A DNA stretch of 64,000 nucleotides from the human T2T-CHM13v2.0 reference genome, Homo sapiens (GCF_009914755.1 NC_060933.1); one strand, 5' to 3'. Numbered from the stretch's first letter, positions 16,493 to 33,443 are shown. The notes: generated from the sequence alone by a model not told the origin. A program made the numbers and translations.

Positions 16493-17788
16493 CAGCTCAT
16501 TGGACTTAAAGGGGAGAGAAGGAAAAAAAAAAAAAAACAACAACAACAACAACAAAAAACTTCACTGAGAGAGAATGCTGGAGCCGACCCTGAGGAAGAG
16601 TAGTTAGTTGACCAGTAGACAGCAGGACAAGAAGGTAGCCCGTTCCAATAATAAGAGCCTGGAGCAAAAGCTTCATGAAAGCTGGTGAGGACTGGAACTG
16701 TGAGAATTGCCAGAAAATACAGCAAGCATAATAGTGTGGAAGTTGGGAGTGGTTTGTGAAGAGAAAAATCCTAGTCAGGCAAGCTGGCAGAAGAGTCCAA
16801 AACAAAGGAAAAACTAAGCTCTTTTAAGTGGTAAGAAAATGTTTTTTAAAAGGGGGAGAGAAGAAATTCATTTCTTGTCTGTGAGCTCTAACTATAATCA
16901 GGTGATTAAAAATGAGTCATCACTGACTGAAGCATAAGAAGCCTCCAGGAACAGAACAAATTCTGGTCTCGTGCAGATTCCAACAGCTGCTACGAAACCT
17001 ATATTTAGGGGTGTTTGTCCTGGGGTGAGCATACAGATTTTGGCTTCTTGGCAAAAATTCCTTTTGTTCCCTTTTTTCTAGAATCATGTCTTTTTCCCAC
17101 TGGCTTTCCCCACTCTCTTGCCGTAGAGAACAGTTGTATTTAAATCTGAAATTTCAGTTGAAAAATACGTGGTCTTTATGGTGTGATCACTCTGGTTCTG
17201 TGTGGTCTCCAACAAATGATCCTTTAAAATCATCCAAAGATGAGGCACAGATGAATAGTCCCCAAGAAGCAGATCCTCCTTCACTAAGGAACAACCCTAC
17301 AGGTATCAATAGTATGAACGTATTAGCACAAGAGAGAACTACTGATATGTCTACAACTCCAACTCTACTCTGAAGAACATTTTATGAGAGCTGCAACATA
17401 CCTTGTGTGCCCCACAGGAAAGTCAAGCAAAGTCTCTTGAGAAAATGGGACTCTCAGAAGGAAAAATGAGCAGGAAACTAACACTTCTGAGGGCCTACAT
17501 AGTGCTGGGCACCACTCTAATTACCTTACTAATAATAGTAATATTTTCCTTTCCTTCTTTCCTTTTTTCCTTCTTTCATTCAGTTTCTTTCCATTGTCTC
17601 ATAATAGTCTACATACATTATGTCATTTCTGTGAAGGATGAATTTGGAGATTAATGGTTACAACAAGGAGACTACCAGTGCTAGAATCAGATAAAACCTG
17701 TTTCTTCAAACTCCCAGATATATGTGCTTTATAAAAAGTTCTACTATTTTTCAGATAGCAGAGCATTTAAAGATACACACTGACATGA

Positions 17789-18108
<320 letters not shown>

Positions 18109-18929
18109 CCACAATTGTATTTCTTAAAATACATAGTCAGCATAAAGAATCCTAAATATTCTGTGAGTTTTGCCTTGTACTTGCACACCCTTCTGTTCAA
18201 AATTAGTATACTTTCTGTAATTGGGTGCTGGGATGAGAATGAATCCAGGAAAGAGTTAAGAAAGTGTTAGGAAGACTCACCCACCTGGTAAACTCTCTTG
18301 ATGTGATCTGGCAGTCCTGACCACTGATTTACATTCTTCTCTGCTGCATGCTTGCCTGTGCCTATTAGACTATTAAAATATTAATAGGGCCTTGGTATCT
18401 CTCATTATTAATTTTGGCAAGGAACGAGGACATGCCGAGCCATAGTATTGATAGATTTGTAGAATATGTTAATCATAGCACTCATTATTTAGCCAAGTTA
18501 CTATTTTTTTCAGAGGGTTTTACTCCACTGATCATTTTTGATATTTAACAATTTTTCATCTCCAGCTAAGCACACTTGTTCCTTAGAAATCTACTTATGT
18601 ATGTATTTTTATAATGTTTTTATAACAATAATTTACTGAACAATTGTCATGCCCCATCACATAATGACAAAATTTTCTGATAAATATCTAGAGAGTTTAG
18701 CTAAGAAATAAGTAGATTGTTAAAGGTGGCATTAAAATAATATATTCCTGCTTTTGTTTTTTTTAACTTAAGAAAATTTTTTCAGGTCTATGGTAGAGCC
18801 AGCAAGGCCCAAGGCCAAATTCTCAGGCCACCAATCTCTGAGGACACTTACAGCATTTTTTTTTTTCCAGTTTCCTAAGAGTTATTTATTCTTTGTCATA
18901 AATAGGTGATAATGTTTAGCAAAAAAAGA

Positions 18930-19377
18930 AAAAATATATTTTTCAATGGATATAGTCATAAGAATCATCTCTTTTACTCTATTAATGAAGTATGTTGACA
19001 GATTTTCTGATGTTACATTCTTGGAATGAAATCTACCTGATTACAATGCATTTTTAAAGAAAGCACACTTTTAGATTCATTAAGCTAATATTTTGTTTAA
19101 GATTTTTAAAAATCTATTTATAATTGAAATGGGCCTAATTTTTCTTTTAACTAGTCTTACTCTGATTTCAGAATGAATTGGGAATCTTCACTCTTTTTCC
19201 ATTTTCTGAACAATGTGTAATATACACACACATATGCACACACATACTCACCCCACCCCCTCACCGACCACCCCCCAACACACAACCCACATTGTTCAGT
19301 TTGGTAGAAATGACCTATAAAACCCTCAGGCTTTTTTGTTTGTTTCCGTTTTTTGGATGAAGAGAGTTTTTAAGTAT
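18930..19377 (-). mobile_element. Old L1M ORF2 fragment (host of the retrocopy)
   Basis: 'gctaatattttgtttaagattttt...tgaaatgggcctaatt...gaatgaattggga' resembles antisense L1. Confidence 0.55.
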
Positions 19378-19392
19378 CATTTCAGTTTCTTT

Positions 19393-19834
19393 TTTTTTTT
19401 TGACAGTTTTTAATTGTGCCTTTATTCAACTTAGTTCATTAAAAATGTACTTGTTTCAAAGATCCTATAAATAAAGTGACCACTCACTCAAGTGGGATAT
19501 AGATCACCCCTCAGCATGTTATTTTTTTTTTAAAAAAGCAGTATTTCTTATAAGGAATCTTACTGATCACACAGTAGTTACAATAATGTCAGATATGATG
19601 TATACAGTCTAAACGAGAAAGGCCAGTTAAGAATTTACATAATGTAAAAATACACATATTAAAAGTTAGCCAAGTGGACAGACGCATGCAACAGGGGGAG
19701 AGCAGGTGACAGGAAGTCCTTTAACAATCAGTAGAGGGCCCAGATGCAAGGAATCTGGTTTTCCCCATTACGATAAACAGCTTTCACTAACGTATACAGG
19801 TATTCCATACACATCTAAACACACAAGGGTCACA
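19393..19834 (-). pseudogene. Processed pseudogene consisting only of an mRNA 3'UTR end
   Basis: Poly-T 19390-19401; minus-strand AATAAA at 19421-19426 about 20 nt from the tail; perfect 15-bp TSD catttcagtttcttt (19378-19392 / 19835-19849); body is not a recognisable repeat. Confidence 0.85.
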
Positions 19835-19911
19835 CATTTCAGTTTCTTTGACATTTCCTACTCTGTTTCTTCTTGATTTCAAAATTGGTAGTTTTGTTTT
19901 TATTTTCCCCA

Positions 19912-20330
19912 CAAAAATGGCTAATAGTAAAAAAGACTGGTACTATCAAGTGTTGGTGAGGATGTGGAGCAACAAAACTCTCACACATTGCTGGTAGGAA
20001 TTTAATTATTATGACTACATAGGAACATTCTTTGATACTATCTATGAATATTAAACATACATGCACCTGATCTCACAGCAATTTTACTCCTGGGTATATT
20101 CCCAAGATAAATAAGTACTTATGTCCACCAAAAGATAGACAAAAATGGCCATACAGGTATTATTCATAATACTCCCAAAATGGAAACAATTGACAGTCTC
20201 TCAACAGTAGAAAAAAATTGTGGTATATTCATACAATAGAATACCACAAACGATGAGATAGAATGAACTACTGCTACATGCAATATGAATGAATCTCACC
20301 AACATAATGTTTTGTGAAAGAAGTAAGGCT
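19912..20330 (+). mobile_element. L1ME-like 3' region (continues at ~22445-22715)
   Basis: 'atcaagtgttggtgaggatgtggagcaac...gaatctcaccaacataatgtt'; resumes after the nested L1PA with 'aggcaaaattaatctat'. Confidence 0.75.
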
Positions 20331-20333
20331 CAA

Positions 20334-22440
<2,107 letters not shown>

Positions 22441-22994
22441 AAAGAAGGCGCAAATGAATACATACATATGGTATGGTATCATTTATATGGAGTTCAGAAC
22501 AGGCAAAATTAATCTATCATGAAAGAGGTCAGAACAGTGGGAGGGGCACCAAGGTGGAGGAGACATTAGAAAGTCTATTGGAGTGCTAAGAATGTTTTAC
22601 ATCTTGATCTTGGTTGTGGTATGTAGTTACATACATACATATGTTTATTCATTGGGCTGATATTTAAGAATATATGCTTGTTGTATGAACGTTATACCTT
22701 AATTTTAAAGAAAGCAAGTATTAGCCACATAGGAATTGATAAATTTGACTACATAAAGATAAATTATAACCCTAGGACTAACAACATTTAACTCTTAAGC
22801 TTTGGTATTTTTTGTTTGTTTGTTCATTCATTTTCCCCCTGTATCCTCTGTTCAATGTTAGCTGCCACAGTGAGACAAACAGAAAGTATAAGGACACTTT
22901 TTGCTTGCATCTGTAGTGGAAACCTTAGCAGCAGACAGTAACTGCTCCAGGTCTGTCAAATAGATATGTTTCTTTTTTACTACATTTGATTTAT

Positions 22995-23484
22995 TTTCCT
23001 TTTATTTTAATTGACTGTAATAATAGTATGTATTTATAGTATACAGGGTGATATTTTGATACATGTATACAATATATAATGTTCAAATCAGGGTAATTAG
23101 CAAATCCATCACCTCAAACAGTAATCGTTTCTTTGTTGTGGGAACATTCAAAATCCTCTCTTCTAGCTTTTTGAAAATACACAATAAATTATAGTTAACC
23201 ATATTCACCCTACAGTGCACTAGAGCACTAGAACTTATTCCTCCTATCTAGCTATAATTTTATATCTGTTACCCAACATCTCTCTATCCTCCCTTCCGCA
23301 TCCCACCCTTCCCAGCCTCTAATAATCACAATTCTACTCTGTACATCTAGAAACCCAACGTTTTTTAGCTCCCACATATGAATGGTGACATGCGGTATTT
23401 ATCTTTCTGTGCATTTCACTCAACGTATTATCCACCATGCTCAGCCATGTTGCTGCAAATGACAGGATTTTATGTTTATGGCTG
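22995..23484 (-). mobile_element. L1MA-type 3' end
   Basis: 'tcagggtaattagcaaatccatcacctcaaac...gggaacattcaaaatcctctcttctagc'. Confidence 0.8.
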
Positions 23485-23603
23485 CAAACTTCAGAAGGAT
23501 TTCCCTCCCAGCTCCACTTGTGGGCTGCTGCTGCCAGAAGCCTCTCTCCGAGGCTTTGGGAAATTAGCAATTTTCTGGTGGCAATAACCATTAGAAACCC
23601 TGA

Positions 23604-23971
<368 letters not shown>

Positions 23972-25604
23972 AAATGTTCCGCTTTTAAAATAAGAAAACT
24001 GAAACAAAAAGTTAAATTACTTCCTAAGAACAGGCAGCAAGACCTGACACACAATAAAATCGAATGTTTTCAAATTCCAGAAGCTTGAAATGTACCAAGT
24101 TTAGATTTGGGGGTATGCATTTAACAAAGGAAAACTCAGGTATTTCCCTTGATCAGAGTATAGGATACAAATATTACTGAAAAGGTAACTAAGAAGTATC
24201 TTTTTTTTTTTTTTTTTTTTTTTTTTTGGTCATCTAAAATCGTCAAATTATATAGAGAGGAAAAGCACAATACATACAGTTTTTAGGAAGTAATCACAAA
24301 TTCTCTCTTAGGATGGTGATTCTTATCCTTCTTTTAGGGGTAAATGCCATCACACCCACATGTCTTCCCAGTCTCTTTATTGTCCTCAATCAATTTCCCA
24401 TTATTATCTCCCGAGAGATCAGCACTTTATCTGCCCCAGATGGGATGGTGGTGGCAAAATGCATAAGCCATAGTCTTAAAGTAGCAAGGCTTATGCTTCA
24501 CACCCAATTACCTGTAGCACAGTCTATACCTAAACACTCAGGATGAATTAATGCTCACACTATACTTCAGATGGCTATAAGTACAGTAAGCTATACTTAC
24601 TGTAGTATCTTTGACCTCCAAGAAGAGGTCTCTGAAGAAGGGTGAAGAATGCAGGGGGAACCAGAAAATTATTTGGCTGATTATGTTATCACCATCACTA
24701 TTTATGAAATACCTCTTAATGTGGCTTCAGGCAGAAGCACACGTTTTCAATTTGGAAGTTAAAATAGCTTCGATTGTGCTTTATCTAAGCTGCCTACCAC
24801 AAATCTGATAATGATACATGTCTCTTTTAACATGGACAGCATTGCTCTTCGTGGCCCACACTCACAAGATGACAAGTTAAAATAGTAACAACAGGCTTCT
24901 TTTATTGTTCCTCCTAGGCTACAACTAAAATGCAAAAACAAAACAAAATGAAACAAAAAACTGGGGGAGGAGGAATTTTCAATTTTCAATATTTTGCAAA
25001 CTGTGTCTAAATTGATGATCCAGATCTCATCTCATGACCTGAAGAAGTTCAGTTTTTCTATTGTAAAATGTAAATCTCAGCCCACCTCCCCAAAGCATAT
25101 GATAATGAATTATGTGAAAGAAAACATTATATAAAACAAAATGCTCCAGAAACAGGGTGTTGTAATTGACTCACGTTTCTCCATGAATTCCTTCTTGCTT
25201 TCTACTCCTGTCATTGGAAACTTTCTGAAAATCAGTTGTCTTTCCAACCTTGATATTTAGAATATAACTAAAAATGTCCTTAGTGGTTGAAGCTCCCTTG
25301 TGGGTTAATTCCTCATTCTGAAATCAGTGATCAGTCCATGCTACTGCAAGGGTAGAAAACATAATAGAAAGTACAAGAAATTATTGATGCCTTAAATATC
25401 CTGAAAGCTATTATTTTTTCATTTAATTCCTAACACAAACACTTTCTTTAGTGATTGCTCTCTTCCTCTAAAGCCCAACGTAGGTGTGGCAGCGATGTTT
25501 GAGTACGGATATGGGTATGCGTGAGAAGAAGGAATGAACAATTTGGCTATCAAGACTTCCAGTCAATTGAAATTTGCTCCATTATAGACTGAACTACTAT
25601 ATTC

Positions 25605-25752
25605 CTTTTTTAAATTATTATTTTTTAACTTTTATTTTAGGTTCAAGGGTACATGTGCAGGTTTGCTATACAGGTAAACTCATGTCACAGGTGTTGTTGT
25701 ACAGATTATGTCGTCACCCAGGTACTAAGCCTAGTACCCAATAGTTATTTCT
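25605..25752 (-). mobile_element. Short L1PA15/16-like 3' end
   Basis: 'ggtacatgtgcaggtttg...cacccaggtactaagcctagtacccaatagttattt'. Confidence 0.82.
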
Positions 25753-25827
25753 GATGTCAACTTTTCTGAATAGACAGTGGCTCTTTGTCTTACTCTTACT
25801 AACTTTGCTAATAATAATACAATTGGG

Positions 25828-26536
<709 letters not shown>

Positions 26537-28841
26537 GGTGGAAAGGCAGAAATATTTTGAGAAGAGTCATTTCTACAAAAACAGAGTTGTTCTAAATGAA
26601 ATGGCCAGATATTTCATCTTCTTCATACTAGTATTTATGAAAGTTTCATTAAACACCACTTGGCCAGCACCCAGGCCTGCCACCCTCAGAACGGCAAACA
26701 AAAGCAAATGATTTGAGGAACAAAAGAGTGGACACAGAGCCTCTCAGAAGATGGCTCCATCTTCTGAGATGATCTTCTGAGATCATCAATTTTCTGCACC
26801 TGATGTCCTACTCCAATTGTAGTAGATAAGAGCAAAGACACTTCCTGATCCTGTGGAAAATGCTGGAGCCCTGCTGATGGAGAGGCTGACACTGGGACCA
26901 ACAGAAGGCCGGACATTTATTTGCTGCAGCCCTTCTGCACCTGGGCCCTCTTCAGGCCTTGTACCTTGCACTCCCCATGCCACTGTAGCACCTGGTAAGC
27001 TGAAGTTAGGTATTTGAAGAGATAATTTGCCCCCAACAAAGAATTACTTAAAAGAAAAAGGAAACCACTAAATTCCACTTGACAAACCAGTTTGTTCAGT
27101 TTTGACTTTTGCAAATTTGAAACTTTCTCTTTGGCACCATATGATTCTGTTACATTAGGGCTCATCAATGCTAAGATACACAGCTAGGTCTACCAGCTGC
27201 CAGTGGTCAAGAATGAAAGAACCTCTCAGAGAGAGATCAGTTTCTAATAACCTAACAGTTTTCCTTGGCTATTACAAAAAAAAAAAAAATTAGAATAAAA
27301 TGTCAGTGCCATGCAGGCAAGTACAGATATGGAAATGAAAGCTCTGTCTACAACTGCAAGATTTGTTTGTTAATAAAATTGATTGGGATCAACTCGAGAT
27401 AACTGCTAGAAGACGCAAGATTTTACTTTTAGATATGTCATTTGTTTTTGTTTCCACTCTGGGCTCAAAAGAAACGTTGCTAATGTTTTTCCAGTGGCAC
27501 AATGCAGTTCTAGAAGAGTTAAAATAAGAAACCCTACCTGCTTAATCTGCCAGAAAACACATGAGAGGAGCAATCAACTCTGGGAAGAGTTGCTCTGAAT
27601 GAGGTATGCCTGGCTGCTTTAGGCCAAGCTGTTTGTCAGTCTTTCAAAATTCAAGTCATTACCAGATGCTGATCTACTATAATACTGTGATATTTTATCT
27701 GATTACACTTACCTGATTGTGCCTTATCTGCTATTTGCCTTCCCATTCTTCCATGTATATTAAATGCAGGTGCTTTTATTATTCTGAAAGCTAGAAAGTG
27801 TTGACTGTTCTGAATATAAATGGGGATATTATATCATTAACTTGCTCCGAAAGCAGGGCCATTCACTGTGTAAATCACATGCAAGGTACCTAGTGGAGAC
27901 ACAATAAACCATAATGTCTTGAGAAAGAAAGCAATGAGGAATGGATAAGGAGATAAAAATTTAAGGCATTGTTAAAGAAGGATAATCTTCAAAATCCTAT
28001 TTGGTTCTAGCATTTGTTGATAATATAACCTTTATATTAGAAACTTTTTTAAGTTCATAAAAAAATATTTTAGGGGACTCATCACAACACAGAATGCTAT
28101 CTCTAATAGGATTGCATAAAAACACTATCACTAACATTCTATGGCTTGTCTAAGTTGGGAAGACATTTTGAATATACTACTCTAATCTTTTAGAGAAGTA
28201 TACTTTGCTTTAGCAAATATATTCTTACCCTACCTGGGTGTATTGCTCAAATAAGGTAAATAAATGGCCAAATGCTTTAAGCATTTTCCAGACATTAAAA
28301 GGTGAATAATTTAGAATCTGGTTGCATATTTCAAAGGAAGTAATACGCAATGAATTAAGGCGGAACCGTGACAAAGTGCAGCTGCCCAATAGTCTGGGGT
28401 TATACGCTCTGCTTAGCTTCAGCCATGTTGGCCTCACTAAAAGTTAATCCATAGTTATTTAAGTGGAAATTTTCAGAAAATCCATTTCGGAGCAAATGTT
28501 ATGTGAGAGTCTAAATGAGCCACTGCCCTCTGTTTGATTGAATATCAGGTGCCCTGATCATATTTACCAGTGGGTCAGATTCCTCTAAGATGTAACAGCT
28601 GTGTAAAGGAACACAGGCTACAACCTTTGCCAGAAAGACTGTCGCCAAAGTCATCTGACCATCAGATCTGGAGGTGTGAGACAGAAGACAAATGTGAGGA
28701 CAACCGGGAACAGGAGGAATAAGGTAACCCAGGAGGGTGCAGTTTTTACTCTCACTGTCCTCCCAAAGTTTCTGTGCCAGGAGACTGAAGCACAGGACTA
28801 GGTGCTACTCCTCCCTCCCTGCCACTCACCATTATGTATAA

Positions 28842-29034
<193 letters not shown>

Positions 29035-29752
29035 AGAGTATCCATTATCTTTCACCTGAACAAATGTGTATTTATAACACCTCTTTAAGTTAAGGTTGTT
29101 CTTTAATCAGAGAATCCTTTATTATTCATAAACTATATGCATGAAAACAAAAGATGAATATGCAAGATGGTCTTACCTTTTCAATAATTTCATATTTGGA
29201 CATATTTTCACAGGAAAGACATAATGAGATTCTCATAACCTGATTAAACTTCATTTATTTGTGTATATATAAAAATAATTTTAACTGGGTACTATTTTAC
29301 ATCATTTAGAAGATTTATTCTCAAAAATTATAAACATTAGTGAAAAGGGAAAAATATTTTAAACATAAATGCTCAAACTATAGAAATTTTACAGGAGAAT
29401 ATGCTCATGATTTACTAGTAGCCAACATTTCCTAGCTCACAAAAGCAGTAACCATAAAGGAAAAAAGAGATAAATTGTACTTCATCAAAATTAAAAACTT
29501 CTACTCACCAAAAGACACCATTAAGAAAAATGAAGAGGCAAGTCATAGACTTGGAAAAAGCATTTGTAAAACCTTAATCTGACAAAGGACTGGTACCTAG
29601 GATATACAAAGAACTGTGACCACTCAACAATAGAAACATAAACAACTCAATTAAACATAAGCCAAAGATTTAAAGAGTCAAATTACAAACACACTCAAAT
29701 ACATATATACACACAAGTGGTCAATAAGCCCACAAAAAAGTGCTCAATGTCA

Positions 29753-30323
<571 letters not shown>

Positions 30324-30731
30324 GAAAAATACATTCACAAAAAGACTTGTGCAAGAATACTCATAGTCACTTTTATCATATGGCCAAAAACTAGAAACAA
30401 TCTGTGTCCGTCAATAAGAGAACAGATAGACTGGTAAGCAATGAGATGAACAACACAAAAGAACGAATTACTGATACATGAGACAACATGGATAAATCTC
30501 ACAAACATTATGCCGTGTGAAAGAAGTCTTACACAACAGTATATACCTGTATATCTTACGAGTTCATTTATATAATGCTAGAATATGCAAGACTAATCTA
30601 GAGTGCAAAAACTTCAGAACAAAGGTTGCCTCTGGGGTTGTAGGAGGGATATCCTGAAAAGGAGAATGAGAAAACTTACTGTATTCTATATCTTGATAGG
30701 TAATACACGTGTGGCTATTCCTCAAAACTCA

Positions 30732-31030
30732 GGATCAGGTGCAGTGGCTCACGCTGTAACCCCGTCACTTTGGAAGGCTGAGACAGGAGGATTGCTTTAC
30801 CTCAGGAGTTTGAGACCAGCCTGGGCAACATAGGGAGATCCCCTCTCTACAAAAAATGAAAAAAATTAGCCAGTGTAATGGTGTGTGCCTGTAGTTCTAG
30901 CTACTCAGGGGGCTGAGGCGGGAGAGTCACTTGAGCCCAAAAGGTCAAGGCTGCAGTGAGCCATGATCATGCCACTGCACCCCAGCCTGAGCAACACAGC
31001 GAGACTCCGTATGAAAAAAAAACCAAAACA
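30732..31030 (+). mobile_element. AluJ
   Basis: Dimer with 'ggtcaaggctgcagtgagccatgatc'. Confidence 0.9.
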
Positions 31031-31624
31031 AGAAACAGTAAATATACTCAAGTTGGTGCATTTCAATCAAAAGAAAAATGTAAACAAATATTAAAGTCTA
31101 GTTAATAATAAATATCTGAAGTATTTAGGGGAAGTGTGCTAGTGTCTTCAATTCACTTTGACATATGTCACAAATCATAAGATATATTAATGAATGGATA
31201 GATATATGATAAAGCAAGTATAGTAAAATGGTAATCATAGAATCTAGTATGTGGGTGTCTACTGTAAAATGTAAAACTTTGCTATATGCTTGAAAATTTT
31301 CATAACAAAATGTTAGAAGAAAATAAAAAATAAAATAAATATTAAGTGCAATACGTATGGTAGTAAACTTCCTTGGTATTAACCTTCCAAACTCTCGCTA
31401 TGTTGCCCATTTGTTAAGTTTCAAATTATAACCACAATGAAGGCCTACTTATTTGGTTCTTAGAAATACTCCAACAAGCTTAAATATACTAAACTCCCCA
31501 ACAGCAAGATTTTTTGCCTGTTTAACCAGTTACAAGCACCTAGTACTGTGTTTGGCACATAGTAAGTAGGATGTAGTAGATATTAAATATTTGTGGAATG
31601 AACTTCATCACATATAGTTCTCAC

Positions 31625-31760
31625 TTTTTTTTTTTTTTTTTTGAAAGACAGGGTCTTGCTATATTGTCCAGGCTGGACTCAAACTCCTGGGCCCAAGTGA
31701 TCCTCCCAGTTAGGCCTCCCAAGTCGCTGAGAATACAGGTGCATGCCACTGTGCTCAGCC
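31625..31760 (-). mobile_element. FLAM-type free left Alu monomer (copy 1)
   Basis: Poly-T then 'gacagggtcttgctatattgtccaggctggactcaaactcctggg'. Confidence 0.85.
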
Positions 31761-31773
31761 ACATATATTTCTT

Positions 31774-31915
31774 TCTTTTTTTTTTTTTTTTTCTTTTTAG
31801 AGACAAGGTCTTGCTATGTTGCCCAGGCTGGTCTCAAACTCCTGAGCTCAAGTGATCTGTCCACCTCAGCCTCCCAAAGTGCTGAGATTACAGGCATGAG
31901 CCACCATGCCTGGCC
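31774..31915 (-). mobile_element. FLAM-type free left Alu monomer (copy 2)
   Basis: Poly-T then 'gagacaaggtcttgctatgttgcccaggctggtctcaaactcctg...ccatgcctggcc'. Confidence 0.85.
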
Positions 31916-32869
31916 ACATATATTTCTTAATCAAGCTATCTCAGTGCTTTTAGAAATGATGTGAGATGTGATAAAAGCAATGCAAATATCTTCTACAACC
32001 TAGCCCATAACCAAAAAATATTCCTGAAGTTAAGTATAGGTGATTCTAACACTGGTAAAATGTTAACCATCTAACTAAATTGATTTTAAAATGACAATGG
32101 GAGTTAATAAAATAGAATCCAAAGGATCCATGTAGTTTAGTTATGGATTTATTAATCCATAATTTAGTATTAATAATATTTAATTTAATAATATAATTAT
32201 TAATAAATCCATAAATAAACTAAGCTTAACTTAGTTGGGCATCAGAATTATCTGAGAGTTTTCTAAAAAATACAGGTTTCTAGGCTTCACTTTGGAGATT
32301 CTGAATATAAAAAGAGACCCATGTACCACTACCAATTTCCTGCCCTCTTTGCTTTACTTTCCAATTGAATGAGAACTTTCTCATGGAAAATATATGATTG
32401 TTGTATACTAGGCTATTGGAGCACAGCTGGAAAATATAGTACCACTATCAATGATTAATAATGCTCTTAACTCTCCTTGCAGCTACTGAAGTAAGAAGAT
32501 ACCAGTCCTCGTCCCCTGACACACACAGAAAGTCACTGATGGCATTCAGATACAAACAGAGCAAAGGGATCAATGGTCCACGGACCCTGCTCTTTCCCGG
32601 GGTGCTATTCCAGTGGCCAGAGGAACCTCCCATCACTTCAGACTTTTGTTTTATTTGTTGTTGTCGTTATTTTTGGTCTTCTATCATTGACTCATAGCTC
32701 TCTCACACATTTTAATGTATTCGCTGCATCAGACCCAGAAAAACATTTGCCTGGTGTGTGAAAGAGCCTCTGATTACAGAATGAACTTTGTCTCTCCATA
32801 ATTTGAAGAAGTTAAGGAAGGTCCCCACCCAAATGTTATGTCCTATTTTGATGCTCAAAATCTTAGTAA

Positions 32870-33090
32870 AATCACAGTGCAAAGGAAAGAGCACTGACTT
32901 TGGCATCACACAGATGAAACTTGGCTCTGCTATTCTCTTGTATTATTGTGGGTATGGCATCTCTGACATGAGGATAATAATCATTCTTCATAAGGCTGTC
33001 TTAATGAGTAAAGATAACACATATAAAGTCCTTGGCACAGTGCCTGACACACCGTAGATAACATTATAATAATAACAATAATTATTATTA
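32870..33090 (+). mobile_element. MIR
   Basis: 'gaaagagcactgactttggcatcac...tataaagtccttggcacagtgcctgacac'. Confidence 0.7.
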
Positions 33091-33145
33091 CCTTTATTGC
33101 TAAGCATTGCTGTTTCCCTTGGTTCTCTCTTAAAATGCCACTGTT

Positions 33146-33412
33146 GGCCGGGTGCGGTGGCTCACACCTGTAATCCCAGCACTTTGGGAGGCAGAGGCTG
33201 GCGGATCACGAGGTCAGGAGATCGAGACCATCCTGGCTAACATGGTGAAACCCCGTCTCTACTAAAATTACAAAAAATTATCCGGGCGTGGTGGCGGGTG
33301 CCTGTAGTCCCAGCTACTTGGGAGGCTGAGGCGGGAGAATGGCGTGAATCCAGGAGGTGGAGCTTGCAGTGAGCTGAGATCGGCCTGGGCGACAGAGCGA
33401 GACTCTGTCTCC

Positions 33413-33437
<25 letters not shown>
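33146..33437 (+). mobile_element. AluY with ~15-nt right-arm deletion
   Basis: 'gagatcgagaccatcctggctaac', 'gaatggcgtgaa', 'ggagcttgcag'; TSD aaaatgccact(g/a)tt. Confidence 0.95.

Positions 33438-33443
<6 letters not shown>

Noticed and set aside
16174-16805. 183-aa hydrophobic ORF with Cys/Phe runs
   Set aside because: Antisense Alu plus poly-A/(AAC)n tracts
18930-20330. Second twin-primed L1 inversion
   Set aside because: The minus piece comes from mid-ORF2 and its outer end is not adjacent to the start of the plus piece
24200-24227. Isolated 27-nt poly-T as a tail-only retroinsertion
   Set aside because: Flanks (gtatc / gtcatc) give no convincing TSD; treated as a simple homopolymer
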